This document shows positions 39,350-49,425 of a stretch of 64,000 nucleotides of DNA, piece after piece; position 1 is the first letter of the stretch; every line of letters starts with the position of its first letter. The stretch is from the NCBI GenBank assembly GCA_021513695.1, contig CP084166.1, positions 1,504,001 to 1,568,000 on the forward strand, written 5' to 3'. The DNA comes from Candidatus Heimdallarchaeum aukensis (GTDB taxonomy: Archaea; Asgardarchaeota; Heimdallarchaeia; Heimdallarchaeales; Heimdallarchaeaceae). The notes under the pieces are model-generated. The model saw nothing but the letters and a program-made list of their open reading frames with translations. It had not been told where the DNA came from and searched no databases. Position numbers and translations under genes: made by a program.

Positions 39350-40993
39350 ATGAAAAAAAATCCCTTTTGGTTTCCAAAAATTTTGATAATTGTAATTTTT
39401 ATCCTTAATTTTTTTATTCTGCAAAATTCAACCCAATTTTTACTTAATGTTTCTGCTATAGAAAATGAAACAAATTATTATGGAATAAAGAGCCAACAAC
39501 CAATATTTATTGAAAGTGATGAAGATTTTGAAAAATATAATTTTAGAGGAGATGGAACTAGTTCCAATCCCTATTTAATTAAAAATTTAGTAATTATCGG
39601 AAAAACAATTGCAATTTCAGTAAAAAATACAACCAAGCATTTTACCATTGTTGATTGTAGAATCAGATTTTGCGATATTGGTATTTTTATTTTTAATGCA
39701 TCAAAAGGAACCGCTACCATAATAAATAATTCTCTTTCATACATCCAAGATCAAAATGCGTTGGGTTCAGTAGGTCAAGCAATTTTTGTATCAGAATCAG
39801 AAGGAGTAAGAATTGAAGGTAATAAAGTCATTGATTCTGATATCGCAATTTTTCTTTCCCAATCCTCGTATTCACAAGTACTTAACAACACTATAAAAGA
39901 AAAATATGGAATAACAGTTATTTCTTCCTCAAAAACTGTAATTGAGAATAATTCACTTACAAACTGTGGATTAAACATATATGGAAAATCAGAAATTGAA
40001 GAATATAATTCCTATATTATAAGAAACAACCTTGTAAATGGAAAAAAACTAGGATATTTTGTAGATCTTAATGATGTAATTATTGAAGAGGATATTTATG
40101 GTCAAATACTCCTAATCAATTGTACAAACTTTCTAATAGAAAATCAAGTTCTGGCTGATACGACAACAGGAATAACCATGTATTTTTCTAAGAATATTGA
40201 AATTTCTAATTCTTATTCTCGTTCTAATATTTTTGAAGGTATTGCAGTTTACGGTTCGTCAAACATTTACATTCATAATTCAATATTTGAAGAAAATGGA
40301 TTTGGGTTTACAGGTTGCGGAATTAGACTTAGAGAAACAGAAAATAGTATAATAGAGGACAATGTTATGAGGTATAACAAAGGAGATGGTGGAATATTAG
40401 CTTCACTTACTAATAATATAATAATAAGAAATAACGTTTTATCTTTCAATAAAGGAGAGGGTATTGCTCTAAAAACATGCAACAACACAGAAATTCAAGA
40501 AAACATTTGTTTTGGAAATGGGATTGATGGTTTGTCTCTTCTAGCTACAAATAACTCATTAATTACAGAAAACTATTTTGTTGAAAATGCTGAAACTGGG
40601 ATTTTTCTTTTCGACTCGAGTTACAATTCAATAATAAACAATACTATTATGAACAATTATAATTATGGTATAATGCTAATGGATGCAATTGCAGACAATA
40701 AAGTAAGATGCAGGGAGAATATTGTCTATCTCAATTTTTTTATCAACAATAATGCTAATGGAACATCTCAAGCATTTGATAACGGATACAATAACAAGTG
40801 GTATAATGAAACTATGGAAATTGGAAATTACTGGTCAGACAATTCTAAGAGAAAATATGCAATAAGTGGAACAGCAAATTCATTTGACAAATTTCCAATA
40901 GATCAAAATTTGAAGAGAGTCTCATTTATCAATTTTGGATTTGTTTTAATAGTGGTTTGCGTTGCCACGATAATAAAAAAAGTAAAGAATTAG
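39350..40993 (+). CDS. right-handed parallel beta-helix repeat (pectate-lyase/NosD-like) surface protein, signal peptide plus C-terminal TM anchor
   Basis: N-terminal hydrophobic leader, many ~22-residue repeats with the N.I..N...GI.L pattern, and a C-terminal FGFVLIVVCVATIIKKVKN. Confidence 0.65.
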   Translation: MKKNPFWFPKILIIVIFILNFFILQNSTQFLLNVSAIENETNYYGIKSQQPIFIESDEDFEKYNFRGDGTSSNPYLIKNLVIIGKTIAISVKNTTKHFTIVDCRIRFCDIGIFIFNASKGTATIINNSLSYIQDQNALGSVGQAIFVSESEGVRIEGNKVIDSDIAIFLSQSSYSQVLNNTIKEKYGITVISSSKTVIENNSLTNCGLNIYGKSEIEEYNSYIIRNNLVNGKKLGYFVDLNDVIIEEDIYGQILLINCTNFLIENQVLADTTTGITMYFSKNIEISNSYSRSNIFEGIAVYGSSNIYIHNSIFEENGFGFTGCGIRLRETENSIIEDNVMRYNKGDGGILASLTNNIIIRNNVLSFNKGEGIALKTCNNTEIQENICFGNGIDGLSLLATNNSLITENYFVENAETGIFLFDSSYNSIINNTIMNNYNYGIMLMDAIADNKVRCRENIVYLNFFINNNANGTSQAFDNGYNNKWYNETMEIGNYWSDNSKRKYAISGTANSFDKFPIDQNLKRVSFINFGFVLIVVCVATIIKKVKN

Positions 40994-42879
40994 AGGAGTT
41001 TCATTGAATATTCTTTCATTGGTTCGAATAGTTTTACTCCAGTTCTTTCTTCCACCAAAGAAATGATTTTATCATATAATTTCTCATAATCAAACTCTTT
41101 AATATCATTCTTTCCTGGTAGTACTATTCCTTCTTTTTCTGCAATCTCTAAAGCTTCTTCATATCCTGCAGCAGCATGACGAAGAATTGCACTTAGAGGA
41201 TCCCAAGTTAATACTCTGAATAGTTTTTCTTGAGCTAGTCTTGTTCCATCTGCGACTATTACTTGTCCTGCATGTAAACTATATCCTACTCCTACTCCTC
41301 CACCACCATGATAGCTTACCCATGTTGCTCCCGTAAGTGCGTTTCCTAGTAGATTTAAAACAGGATAATCTCCAATTGCATCACTTCCATCTTTCATTCC
41401 TTCTGTTTCTCTATTTGGAGAGGCAACAGATCCTCCATCTAAATGGTCTCGCCCTATTATCACTGGTGCTTTTAGTTTGCCTTCAGCTACAAGTTTGTTC
41501 ATTAGCATTCCAAAAGCAGCTCTACCTATAAAACCAGCCCAAAATACTCTAGCAGGTAATCCTTTCTCAAATGGAATATATTTAGAAGCGAGATTTATCC
41601 AGTTTACAAGCTGTGGATCATCATAGAACAGTTTTTTGGCATACTCATCTGTTACTCTTATATCTTCAGGATCATTACTTAAAGCGGCCCATCTAAAAGG
41701 CCCTTTACCCACACAGAATAGGGGGCGAACATATGCAACAACAAATCCTGGAAAATTGAAAGCTTCTTCTACTCCAAGTTCATAAGCTTGTTGTCTAATG
41801 TTATTTCCATAATCAAAGGTTTCAGCCCCTCTTTTGTGTAGTTCAATCATAAGTTTTACATGTCTCTTAACTGTTTCTTTTGATCTTCTCAAATATTCAT
41901 CGGGGTCAGTTTTTCTTAATTGATCTGCTTCTTCACAAGTCATATTTTGAGGATAATAACCATTCAACAAATCATGAGCTGATGTTTGATCTGTCAAGAG
42001 ATGAGGAGTAATATTATGGTCAACCAGATATTGGAGAAGGTCAACAGCATTACAACAGACACCTATAGATACAGCTTCATTACGTTCTGCGTATTCTCTT
42101 GCAATATTTACAGCTTCTTCTATATCATCTGTCTTTATATCAAGGTATGGAGCTCCTTGATCTCTTCCTTCATTATACATTCTGTCTACTAATTTTGGAT
42201 TAATCTCAGCAATAATTGAGACCCTATTGCACATCTTTGCCGCTAAAGGTTGAGCCCCAGACATTAATCCAAGACCAGAGGAAATAAATAATTGTTTTTC
42301 AAAATCAGAGAGTTTTTCATAAGCTTCTTTACTTTGAGCAGATTTAATTGCTGCTGCGATAGTCTCATAAGTTCCTTGAATTATTCCTTGTAACCCTATA
42401 AAGATGAAAGATCCTGCAGTCATTTGTCCATATACTGTAAGTCCTGCATCCACCATTTCTTGAAAATAAGGAGTCCAATGAGGTACAATAACACTATTTG
42501 TTATTACTACTCTTGGAGCCCAGCGCGTTGTTTGCATTTTACCATAAGAAACTCCAGATTGTAAGAATAGTGTTTCATTAGGTTCTAGAGTTTTCAACAA
42601 CTCGATTGTTTCAAAAAAGGATTTCCAATCCCTTGCTACTTTACCTGAACCTCCATAAATATAAAGAGTTTTCCAATCTCTTCCGTTGTGAAGATTAGAA
42701 AGCATAGCTCGAATAACTGCCTCTGTTTCCCAACCCGCTTTGGTATGAGGTTTAAGAGCTTCTTCTCCCTTGGGTAAGGGAGGTATCTCTTTAGGCATGT
42801 GATCCATTCTTAATTTTTGCTCTTCAGAGAGCTTTTCTTCTCCCGCAATTATTTTTTCTAAACGGTTTCTATAACCCAT
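40990..42879 (-). CDS. hutU: urocanate hydratase (urocanase)
   Basis: MTAGSFIFIGLQGIIQGTYET and the NAD-binding SSGLGLMSGAQPLAA match the HutU signatures. There is a ~60-aa N-terminal extension relative to bacterial HutU. Confidence 0.8.
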   Translation of the reverse strand: MGYRNRLEKIIAGEEKLSEEQKLRMDHMPKEIPPLPKGEEALKPHTKAGWETEAVIRAMLSNLHNGRDWKTLYIYGGSGKVARDWKSFFETIELLKTLEPNETLFLQSGVSYGKMQTTRWAPRVVITNSVIVPHWTPYFQEMVDAGLTVYGQMTAGSFIFIGLQGIIQGTYETIAAAIKSAQSKEAYEKLSDFEKQLFISSGLGLMSGAQPLAAKMCNRVSIIAEINPKLVDRMYNEGRDQGAPYLDIKTDDIEEAVNIAREYAERNEAVSIGVCCNAVDLLQYLVDHNITPHLLTDQTSAHDLLNGYYPQNMTCEEADQLRKTDPDEYLRRSKETVKRHVKLMIELHKRGAETFDYGNNIRQQAYELGVEEAFNFPGFVVAYVRPLFCVGKGPFRWAALSNDPEDIRVTDEYAKKLFYDDPQLVNWINLASKYIPFEKGLPARVFWAGFIGRAAFGMLMNKLVAEGKLKAPVIIGRDHLDGGSVASPNRETEGMKDGSDAIGDYPVLNLLGNALTGATWVSYHGGGGVGVGYSLHAGQVIVADGTRLAQEKLFRVLTWDPLSAILRHAAAGYEEALEIAEKEGIVLPGKNDIKEFDYEKLYDKIISLVEERTGVKLFEPMKEYSMKLL

Positions 42880-42978
42880 ATTGATGCCTTCTCTTTTTTT
42901 ATGTGAACATTTTCATCTATTAAAAAAAACTTTCCTTTTGTATTTTTGGTTTTAAATAGTATTATCTCACATAGTTAA

Positions 42979-43752
42979 ATGATAGATGTGACGACTTCTA
43001 GTGATAAGAGTAAACTAGAATTCAGCAATTTATTCTTTGCGACCATAGAACAAAGAATATCAGACTTATCTAGTTTTGACTCTTTGCAAAAAAAGAGAAG
43101 TGAAAGAATGATTATAGAACTTTCTCTCTTTTTCAATAAATTCTTCTCCAAAGAGATAGTACAAAAAACAGCTTTAGAACTTATCTTAAAATTAGAGAGG
43201 TTTTTCGAAAATGAAGTCAAATTACAGAGACTAACAAAAGTCCGAGTTGCACAATATTATTTAATATTGTTTGACACTAATCTTTCTCACCTAGGAGAAA
43301 AAATAACTCCAATACATCTTGAACTTTTAAAAAAGAATAAAATTATTCCAAAAAAAAGTAAAATATGTAGTTATCTAGAAATAAAGAAGAAACAAAAGGA
43401 GTTAGAAAGAAAAAAACTAATTCGGAAGGTTAATAATGTAAAATTTAGTGAATTGATTAAAAAACGTGTAAATAGTATCTTGCAAGAATGTGAAACAGAT
43501 GAGATTTTTAAAAATAAATTTGCCAACAAAATCAAAGAAAGAACCAATGTTCTTTTAAGTAAAGGAATAAAACCACATATCGATGCTAACCAAGCTGCAA
43601 TTGTTATCATTTTATCAATATGTAGAGATCTTAAAGTAGATAGAAAGATTTCAAAAAGAATAATGGAAAACTACTGTGAAAAGTATGATTTGGACAAAAA
43701 AAAGATTAGAAGGCAATATTATCAATTTAACAGACGAATTATAAGAGAGTGA
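42979..43752 (+). CDS. hypothetical basic helical protein (257 aa), possibly cyclin-fold/TFIIB-core-like
   Basis: All-helical and Lys-rich. A segment AAIVIILSICRDLKV weakly resembles a TFIIB cyclin-repeat helix. No zinc ribbon. Assignment is speculative. Confidence 0.3.
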   Translation: MIDVTTSSDKSKLEFSNLFFATIEQRISDLSSFDSLQKKRSERMIIELSLFFNKFFSKEIVQKTALELILKLERFFENEVKLQRLTKVRVAQYYLILFDTNLSHLGEKITPIHLELLKKNKIIPKKSKICSYLEIKKKQKELERKKLIRKVNNVKFSELIKKRVNSILQECETDEIFKNKFANKIKERTNVLLSKGIKPHIDANQAAIVIILSICRDLKVDRKISKRIMENYCEKYDLDKKKIRRQYYQFNRRIIRE

Positions 43753-43810
43753 TTTTCTAAATATAAAAGAGCGATTTTCTAAATATAAGAGAGTGATTTT
43801 CTTGTTAACA
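43747..43810. repeat. three tandem ~22-bp direct repeats GAG(T/C)GATTTTCTAAATATAA(A/G)A spanning the stop codon of the upstream ORF, 75-135 bp upstream of purP
   Basis: Units at 43747-43768, 43769-43790 and 43791-43810 (third partial). The perfect 18-mer ataagagagtgattttct occurs at 43741-43758 and again at 43785-43802. Confidence 0.6.
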
Positions 43811-43882
43811 AAATTTTTCATTAAGAAAAGTGCAATAACTTTCTATCAAAAATTTATTATAATTTTTATTTAAATGTAAATT

Positions 43883-45037
43883 ATGAATTCAAAAAAGAAT
43901 GATCCACTTGAAGAAAAAGATATAGTTGTTAAACAGACTCTTACAAGTGGACCTCTATTTAGTGAATTACTTGAACGATATAATAAAGAGAACATAACTA
44001 TTGGTGTTTTAGGTTCTCATTCTGCTTTAGATGTTTTAGATGGAGCAAAAAGAGAAGGATTTAGAACCTTAGTTGTCTGTGAAAAAGGGAGAGAAGAGCC
44101 ATATATCCGATTTAAAAGGATAATAGATGAGATTATTACTCTGGACCATTTTTCTGATATTTTTGATATTCAAGATGATTTAATCAATAAGAACACAATA
44201 TTTGTTCCAAACAGGAGTTTTACTGTTTACTGTGGAGCAAATAGAATAGAAAGAGGATTTAGAGTTCCAATTTTTGGAAGTAGAAATCTATTAGGAGTAG
44301 AAGAAAGACTAGGACCACACAATTATTACCAGATTTTGGATCAAGCAACTATAAAATATCCACGAGTTTATAATTCTCCTGATGAGATTGATGGCCCTGT
44401 AATAGTAAAAATGCCTCATGCAAAACAAAGAGTTGAAAGAGGATTTTTCATTGCCAAAAATAAAGAGGATTTCGAAAAAGAGTTTGAAAAAAGAGTCATA
44501 GAGGGAATAATAAAAATAGACGATTTAAAAGAAGCTTCTATAGAAGAGTTTGTATCGGGTGTTCCATTCAACTTCAACTTTTTCTATTCACCACTCTTTG
44601 ATAGAGTAGAATTAATGGGTATTGATAGGAGATTTGTAACTGACTTAGATGGAATTGTTCGAATCCCAGCAGAACAACAACTTAAGTTAGGATTAAAAGA
44701 AGAGATGAAAGAGATAGGTAATTTTGCTGTTACTCTTCGAGAATCAATGCTTAGATATGTTTTTCCAATGGGTGATTATTTTGTTGAAGCAACAAAAAAA
44801 CTCTATCCTCCAGGAATAATAGGGCCCTTTGCACTACAAACAATGGTAACAAAGGATTATGAATTCAAAGTTTTTGATGTAAGTATGAGAATGGGGGGAG
44901 GAACAAATTCATTCATGGGAATTGGTAGTAATTATTCCTCAATATACTGGGGAGAACCAGTTTCAGCTGGAAGGAGAGTGGCAATGGAAATTAAATTTGC
45001 TGTAAAACAACAAAGGTTAGCTTACATAGTCACTTAA
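43883..45037 (+). CDS. purP: 5-formaminoimidazole-4-carboxamide ribonucleotide (FAICAR) synthetase, archaeal ATP-grasp PurP
   Basis: N-terminal IGVLGSHSALDVLDGAKREGFRT, the ATP-grasp core, and C-terminal DVSMRMGGGTN. This is an archaeal-specific family. Confidence 0.8.
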   Translation: MNSKKNDPLEEKDIVVKQTLTSGPLFSELLERYNKENITIGVLGSHSALDVLDGAKREGFRTLVVCEKGREEPYIRFKRIIDEIITLDHFSDIFDIQDDLINKNTIFVPNRSFTVYCGANRIERGFRVPIFGSRNLLGVEERLGPHNYYQILDQATIKYPRVYNSPDEIDGPVIVKMPHAKQRVERGFFIAKNKEDFEKEFEKRVIEGIIKIDDLKEASIEEFVSGVPFNFNFFYSPLFDRVELMGIDRRFVTDLDGIVRIPAEQQLKLGLKEEMKEIGNFAVTLRESMLRYVFPMGDYFVEATKKLYPPGIIGPFALQTMVTKDYEFKVFDVSMRMGGGTNSFMGIGSNYSSIYWGEPVSAGRRVAMEIKFAVKQQRLAYIVT

Positions 45038-45299
45038 TTGCAGAAAAATGCAATAATTGTTTTTTACCATTTTAAAAAAACAAGAAAGATTTATACAATC
45101 ACCTATTTTTCTCATATTTTTGTCATCGTCAGACTCAGAGAAAAGTTTGTATTTGCAAAATGTTGTAAAGATGTTTTTATGGAAAATCTTTGAAAAAGGC
45201 TATAAAAAAAGCGAAAATGATAAGAATGAGCAAAATTGAGTTAGAAAAATAACTAAAAAAATATATACCATTCATTTTCGGTTGGTTTGAGGACCAATC

Positions 45300-46295
45300 A
45301 TGATAATTAGTACTGTTGGAAGCCATTCTGCTCTCCAAATTCTTTATGGAGCGAAAAAAGAGTCATTTTCAACAAAGGTTTACTGTTTGAAAGGCAAAGA
45401 ACAACTCTATAAAAGATATCCAGTTGCAGACCAAATAATTACATTAGATAGTTATAGTGATCTTTTAGATAGGAAATATGAGGGAGAAGAAATTTTTGTT
45501 CCTCATGGTTCTATTATTGCCACTTTAGGAAAAAGAGCACTTGACATTCCTATCCCAATGATAGGAAACAGAGAAGGAATGTATTGGGAGATGGTAAGAG
45601 AAAAAAATTTAGAATTACTAAACAAAGCAAAAATTAGAACACCTTATACATATAAACCAGAAGAAATTGACCGATTATGTATTGTTAAGTTTCCAGGAGC
45701 AAAAGGAGGAGATGGTTACTTTTTATGTTCAAGTTATCAAGAGTTTGAAGGAAAAATTGATACGATAATCAAAGAAAAAAAAGTCTCAGAGGAAGAAGCT
45801 TCGAATGCTCAAATTCAGGAATACATTGTGGGCGTAACAATGTATCCTCACTATTTTTACTCTCCAATCTTCGATAGAGTGGAGCTATTAGGAATCGATC
45901 GTAGATATGAAACCAATGTTGATGCATTAGGAAGACTCTCACAGTCATTCTCTAAAATTTATCCAACTTATACAGTAGTTGGGAATCAACCGTTAATCGC
46001 AAGAGAATCACTTCTACACAAAATATTAGATTACGGAGATTTGCTCCGAGAAGTGTCAGTAGACTCTTTTCATCCAGGTTTAATTGGTCCCTACTGTATA
46101 GAGATGGCATTAACTGATAAGGAAATTGTCGCTTTTGAATTTACCAGTAGAATTGTCGCTGGAACAAGCTTATACATCTCAGGTTCCTTATACTCAAAGA
46201 TATTATTTGATGAAGAAATGAGCATGGGAAGAAGAATTGCAAGAGAAATAAAACTCGCTAAGGAACAAAATAGATTAGATGATATTATTTCTTAA
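45300..46295 (+). CDS. PurP paralog (FAICAR synthetase-like ATP-grasp)
   Basis: [23 protein letters not shown] and motifs collinear with purP. Second PurP copies are common in archaea. Confidence 0.75.
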   Translation: MIISTVGSHSALQILYGAKKESFSTKVYCLKGKEQLYKRYPVADQIITLDSYSDLLDRKYEGEEIFVPHGSIIATLGKRALDIPIPMIGNREGMYWEMVREKNLELLNKAKIRTPYTYKPEEIDRLCIVKFPGAKGGDGYFLCSSYQEFEGKIDTIIKEKKVSEEEASNAQIQEYIVGVTMYPHYFYSPIFDRVELLGIDRRYETNVDALGRLSQSFSKIYPTYTVVGNQPLIARESLLHKILDYGDLLREVSVDSFHPGLIGPYCIEMALTDKEIVAFEFTSRIVAGTSLYISGSLYSKILFDEEMSMGRRIAREIKLAKEQNRLDDIIS

Positions 46296-46310
46296 AAAGA
46301 GCTGAAAAAA

Positions 46311-47819
46311 ATGGATAAAATTGGCATATTTGATTTTGGTGGTCAGTATTGTCACTTAATAGCTAGAAGAATAAGAGAATTAGGTGTTTATTCCGAAATA
46401 ATCTATAAACCTAGTGAAGAATATGTAGCTTATATTTTGTCTGGTGGTCCTGGAACACTAACGGATTCAGAATCTCCTAAATTACATGAAAATTTCTTTG
46501 AAAAAATCAATGTTCCTATCTTAGGAATATGTTATGGACACCAAATGATAGCTCAATCTTTTGGGGGAGAAGTAGGAAAGGGAAAAGAGCGTGAATATGG
46601 GAAAAAAATCGCAACCTTAAAAACAGATTCTCCATTATTTAAGGGTCTAGTAAATAATGAACAAGTTTGGATGAGTCATTTTGACGAAATTAAAAAATTA
46701 CCAGATGGTTTTGAAGTAATTGCTCAAACAGACATATGCAAAATTGCTGCTTTTCAAAACTTGGAAAGAAAAATATTTGGTATCCAATTCCATCCTGAAG
46801 TTAAACATACAATTAACGGATTAAAAATCCTTGACAATTTTCTTGATATTGTAGGTTGTAGAAGAACCTATAACTTAGAAGATTGGGTAAACAAAAAGCT
46901 TACAGAACTTAAGAGAGAAATAGGTGACAATAAAGTAATAATGGCTTGTTCTGGAGGAGTAGATAGCACAGTAGCTGCGGTATTGTTAGCAAAAGCTGGA
47001 ATCAATGCACATTTTATTTACGTAGATACAGGATTAATGAGATTAAATGAAACAGAAGAAGTAAAAGAAATTTTTTCAGAACTAAATATTCCTAATCTTC
47101 ATGTAATCAATGCAGAAGAACGTTTTTTAACAGCGTTATCAGGAATTTCTGATCCAGAGAAAAAGAGAAAAATAATTGGTCATTTATTCATCGAAATATT
47201 TGAAGAAGAAGCTAAAAAATTGGGAGAATTCGATTATTTAGGACAAGGGACTATTTATCCTGATAGAATTGAAAGTGCTCAGCCTAGTAAACATGCTACT
47301 GTAATAAAATCCCATCATAATGTTGGAGGTCTTCCAGAAAAAATGAATTTAAAATTATGCGAACCTTTAGCAGATTTATATAAAGATGAGGTAAGAAAAG
47401 TAGGTAAAATGTTAGGTTTGCCAGAAAAATTCACTAGAAGACATCCTTTTCCAGGTCCTGCCTTAGCAATACGTATACTAGGTAAAATCGACAAAGAGAA
47501 AATAGAGATTCTAAAAAAAGCAGATGCAATAGTTACAGACATCATTAGAAATCACGGTCTGTATGACCAATTGTGGCAAGTTTTTCCTGCCTTAATTCCT
47601 GTTAAAAGTGTAGGGGTCATGGGAGATGAGAGGACTTATGAATGGATGATTGCCATTCGAGCCGTTGAATCAATTGATGCGATGACTGCAGATTGGGCAA
47701 AATTACCATATGATATTCTCGAGGAGATTTCTAACCAGATCATTAACAAAATTAAAGGAGTAAATAGAGTTTTGTTTGACATTACAAGTAAACCTCCTGG
47801 AACGATTGAATATGAATAA
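46311..47819 (+). CDS. guaA: GMP synthase (glutamine-hydrolysing), fused GATase plus ATP-PPase
   Basis: GATase catalytic GICYGHQM. PP-loop SGGVDSTVAA. C-terminal dimerisation domain ending KPPGTIEYE. The start is 15 nt after the purP paralog stop. Confidence 0.9.
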   Translation: MDKIGIFDFGGQYCHLIARRIRELGVYSEIIYKPSEEYVAYILSGGPGTLTDSESPKLHENFFEKINVPILGICYGHQMIAQSFGGEVGKGKEREYGKKIATLKTDSPLFKGLVNNEQVWMSHFDEIKKLPDGFEVIAQTDICKIAAFQNLERKIFGIQFHPEVKHTINGLKILDNFLDIVGCRRTYNLEDWVNKKLTELKREIGDNKVIMACSGGVDSTVAAVLLAKAGINAHFIYVDTGLMRLNETEEVKEIFSELNIPNLHVINAEERFLTALSGISDPEKKRKIIGHLFIEIFEEEAKKLGEFDYLGQGTIYPDRIESAQPSKHATVIKSHHNVGGLPEKMNLKLCEPLADLYKDEVRKVGKMLGLPEKFTRRHPFPGPALAIRILGKIDKEKIEILKKADAIVTDIIRNHGLYDQLWQVFPALIPVKSVGVMGDERTYEWMIAIRAVESIDAMTADWAKLPYDILEEISNQIINKIKGVNRVLFDITSKPPGTIEYE

Positions 47820-47934
47820 TTATATTTTGAGAAATGAGGAGTCCGATATACAACCAATATTTCACATTTAGGAGTTGTTTTCACACACATGTTTTTTGCA
47901 AAATCTATTTAAGCAGTCAGTTCACTTTATTTTT

Positions 47935-49296
47935 ATGAAGGTAGTAGTTATTGGTCATGGTTCGACTGGTTGGACAGCTGCAACCACCCTTCGTGCTTGG
48001 GATAGGAAATGTGAAATCACTGTTATTGACATGAAAAATTATGATGTTTATCATCCTTGTGCAATGCCCTATGTAATTGGTGGACTTTTTGAGGATGAAA
48101 CAGCAATCATTGAAAAACTGAATTATGAAAGAATGAAAATAAACTTTTTACGAAAGCACAAAGCAACAAAAATTGATAGAGAAAATAAAATTGTCAAAGC
48201 CATAAGTCTTGAAACAAACGAAGAAGTTGATTTAGAATATGATTATGTTATTATTGCTACAGGTTCAAAAGCAAAATTACCACCAATTGAAGGAATAAAA
48301 GAAGGTAAAAATGTCTATACATTAAAATGGATAGAGGACTCTGAAAAGATACGTAAAGCAGCCGAAAATGCCAAAAATGTAGTAGTTATTGGAGCTTCAG
48401 CAATTGGTTTAGAAGTTGCAACGGAACTTGCACACCGTGGAATTGATACTAAAGTATTAGTTCGTTCTCGTATTATGCGATTACTTGTTGATCCTGATTA
48501 CGGTGAGCTAATTGTAAATCTTCTAGAGGAGAAACTACCAAAACTGAAGTTTTTATTAGGCATTAATGCTCAAAGACTTGTCTTAAATGATGAGGGGTAT
48601 GTAACAAAAGTAATTACAACTGAAGGAGAAGAATTAGAAGCAGATCTGGTTATTGCTGCAGCAGGAGTTGCACCAGAGGCAACATTAGCTAAAGAAGCAG
48701 GATTAGAAATTGGTGAGACAGGTGCAATTGTGACTGACGAAGAACTAAGAACATCAGACAAAAATATTTTAGCTATAGGAGATTGTGCAGAAACCATTCA
48801 TCTAGTCTCAAAAAAACCAGTGAATTCTGCACTAGCAACATGTGGAGTAAGAATGTCAAGAGTTGCTGCAATGACTATTGCAAAACCAGGAACACTCAAA
48901 TTCCCAGGAACACTAAACAACTTTATAGTTCCATACATTGACATCCGAGTAGGTTCAGTAGGATTAACTGAAACTGCTGCTAAAGAATTAGGATTTGAAA
49001 CTGTCTCTGCAAAAATAAAAACATTTGATAAACCTCATTATATGCCTGATAAAACAGACTTTTACTTCAAGCTAATCGTAGACAAACAAACAGATAAAAT
49101 TCTAGGTGCACAAGCTATAGGTTCAGATTACACTATAACCAATCTCAATATTGTAGCTTTAGCTTTACAGAAAGAAATGACTTTTCAAGAATTACTAGAA
49201 GCAGACCTTAGCTATGCTCCTGCAGTCAACGAAACAATTTATCCTGTCACTCAAGCTTTAGAATTTATTGCAAGAAAAGTGTTAAGAAAAAGATGA
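47935..49296 (+). CDS. FAD-dependent pyridine nucleotide-disulfide oxidoreductase (NADH oxidase / CoA-disulfide reductase family)
   Basis: FAD site MKVVVIGHGSTG. Redox Cys in YHPCAMPY. Second Rossmann fold VVVIGASAIGLE. The ORF track starts 60 nt upstream at 47875, but ATG 47935 fits the family N-terminus. Confidence 0.7.
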   Translation: MKVVVIGHGSTGWTAATTLRAWDRKCEITVIDMKNYDVYHPCAMPYVIGGLFEDETAIIEKLNYERMKINFLRKHKATKIDRENKIVKAISLETNEEVDLEYDYVIIATGSKAKLPPIEGIKEGKNVYTLKWIEDSEKIRKAAENAKNVVVIGASAIGLEVATELAHRGIDTKVLVRSRIMRLLVDPDYGELIVNLLEEKLPKLKFLLGINAQRLVLNDEGYVTKVITTEGEELEADLVIAAAGVAPEATLAKEAGLEIGETGAIVTDEELRTSDKNILAIGDCAETIHLVSKKPVNSALATCGVRMSRVAAMTIAKPGTLKFPGTLNNFIVPYIDIRVGSVGLTETAAKELGFETVSAKIKTFDKPHYMPDKTDFYFKLIVDKQTDKILGAQAIGSDYTITNLNIVALALQKEMTFQELLEADLSYAPAVNETIYPVTQALEFIARKVLRKR

Positions 49297-49330
49297 GATA
49301 GAATTTTTCTTTTTTTAATTATCTTTTGTT
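49297..49330 (+). terminator. oligo-T archaeal terminator motif TTTTTCTTTTTTTAATTATCTT; the same 21-mer recurs at 50591-50614
   Basis: T-rich tract immediately 3' of the oxidoreductase stop. A near-identical tract follows the gcvT stop. Confidence 0.3.
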
Positions 49331-49425
49331 AAAATAGTTTATTGACTTTTTTTCAAATTGTTGATATCCTTTATAGATTCTGAAAAACATTTATATCTAT
49401 AAAAAAAATCAATTAACTGATTACA

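Noticed and set aside
45057-45239. 60-aa ORF in the purP / purP-paralog intergenic region
   Set aside because: No SD-like sequence, a low-complexity translation, and it sits where a promoter is expected. Treated as non-coding.
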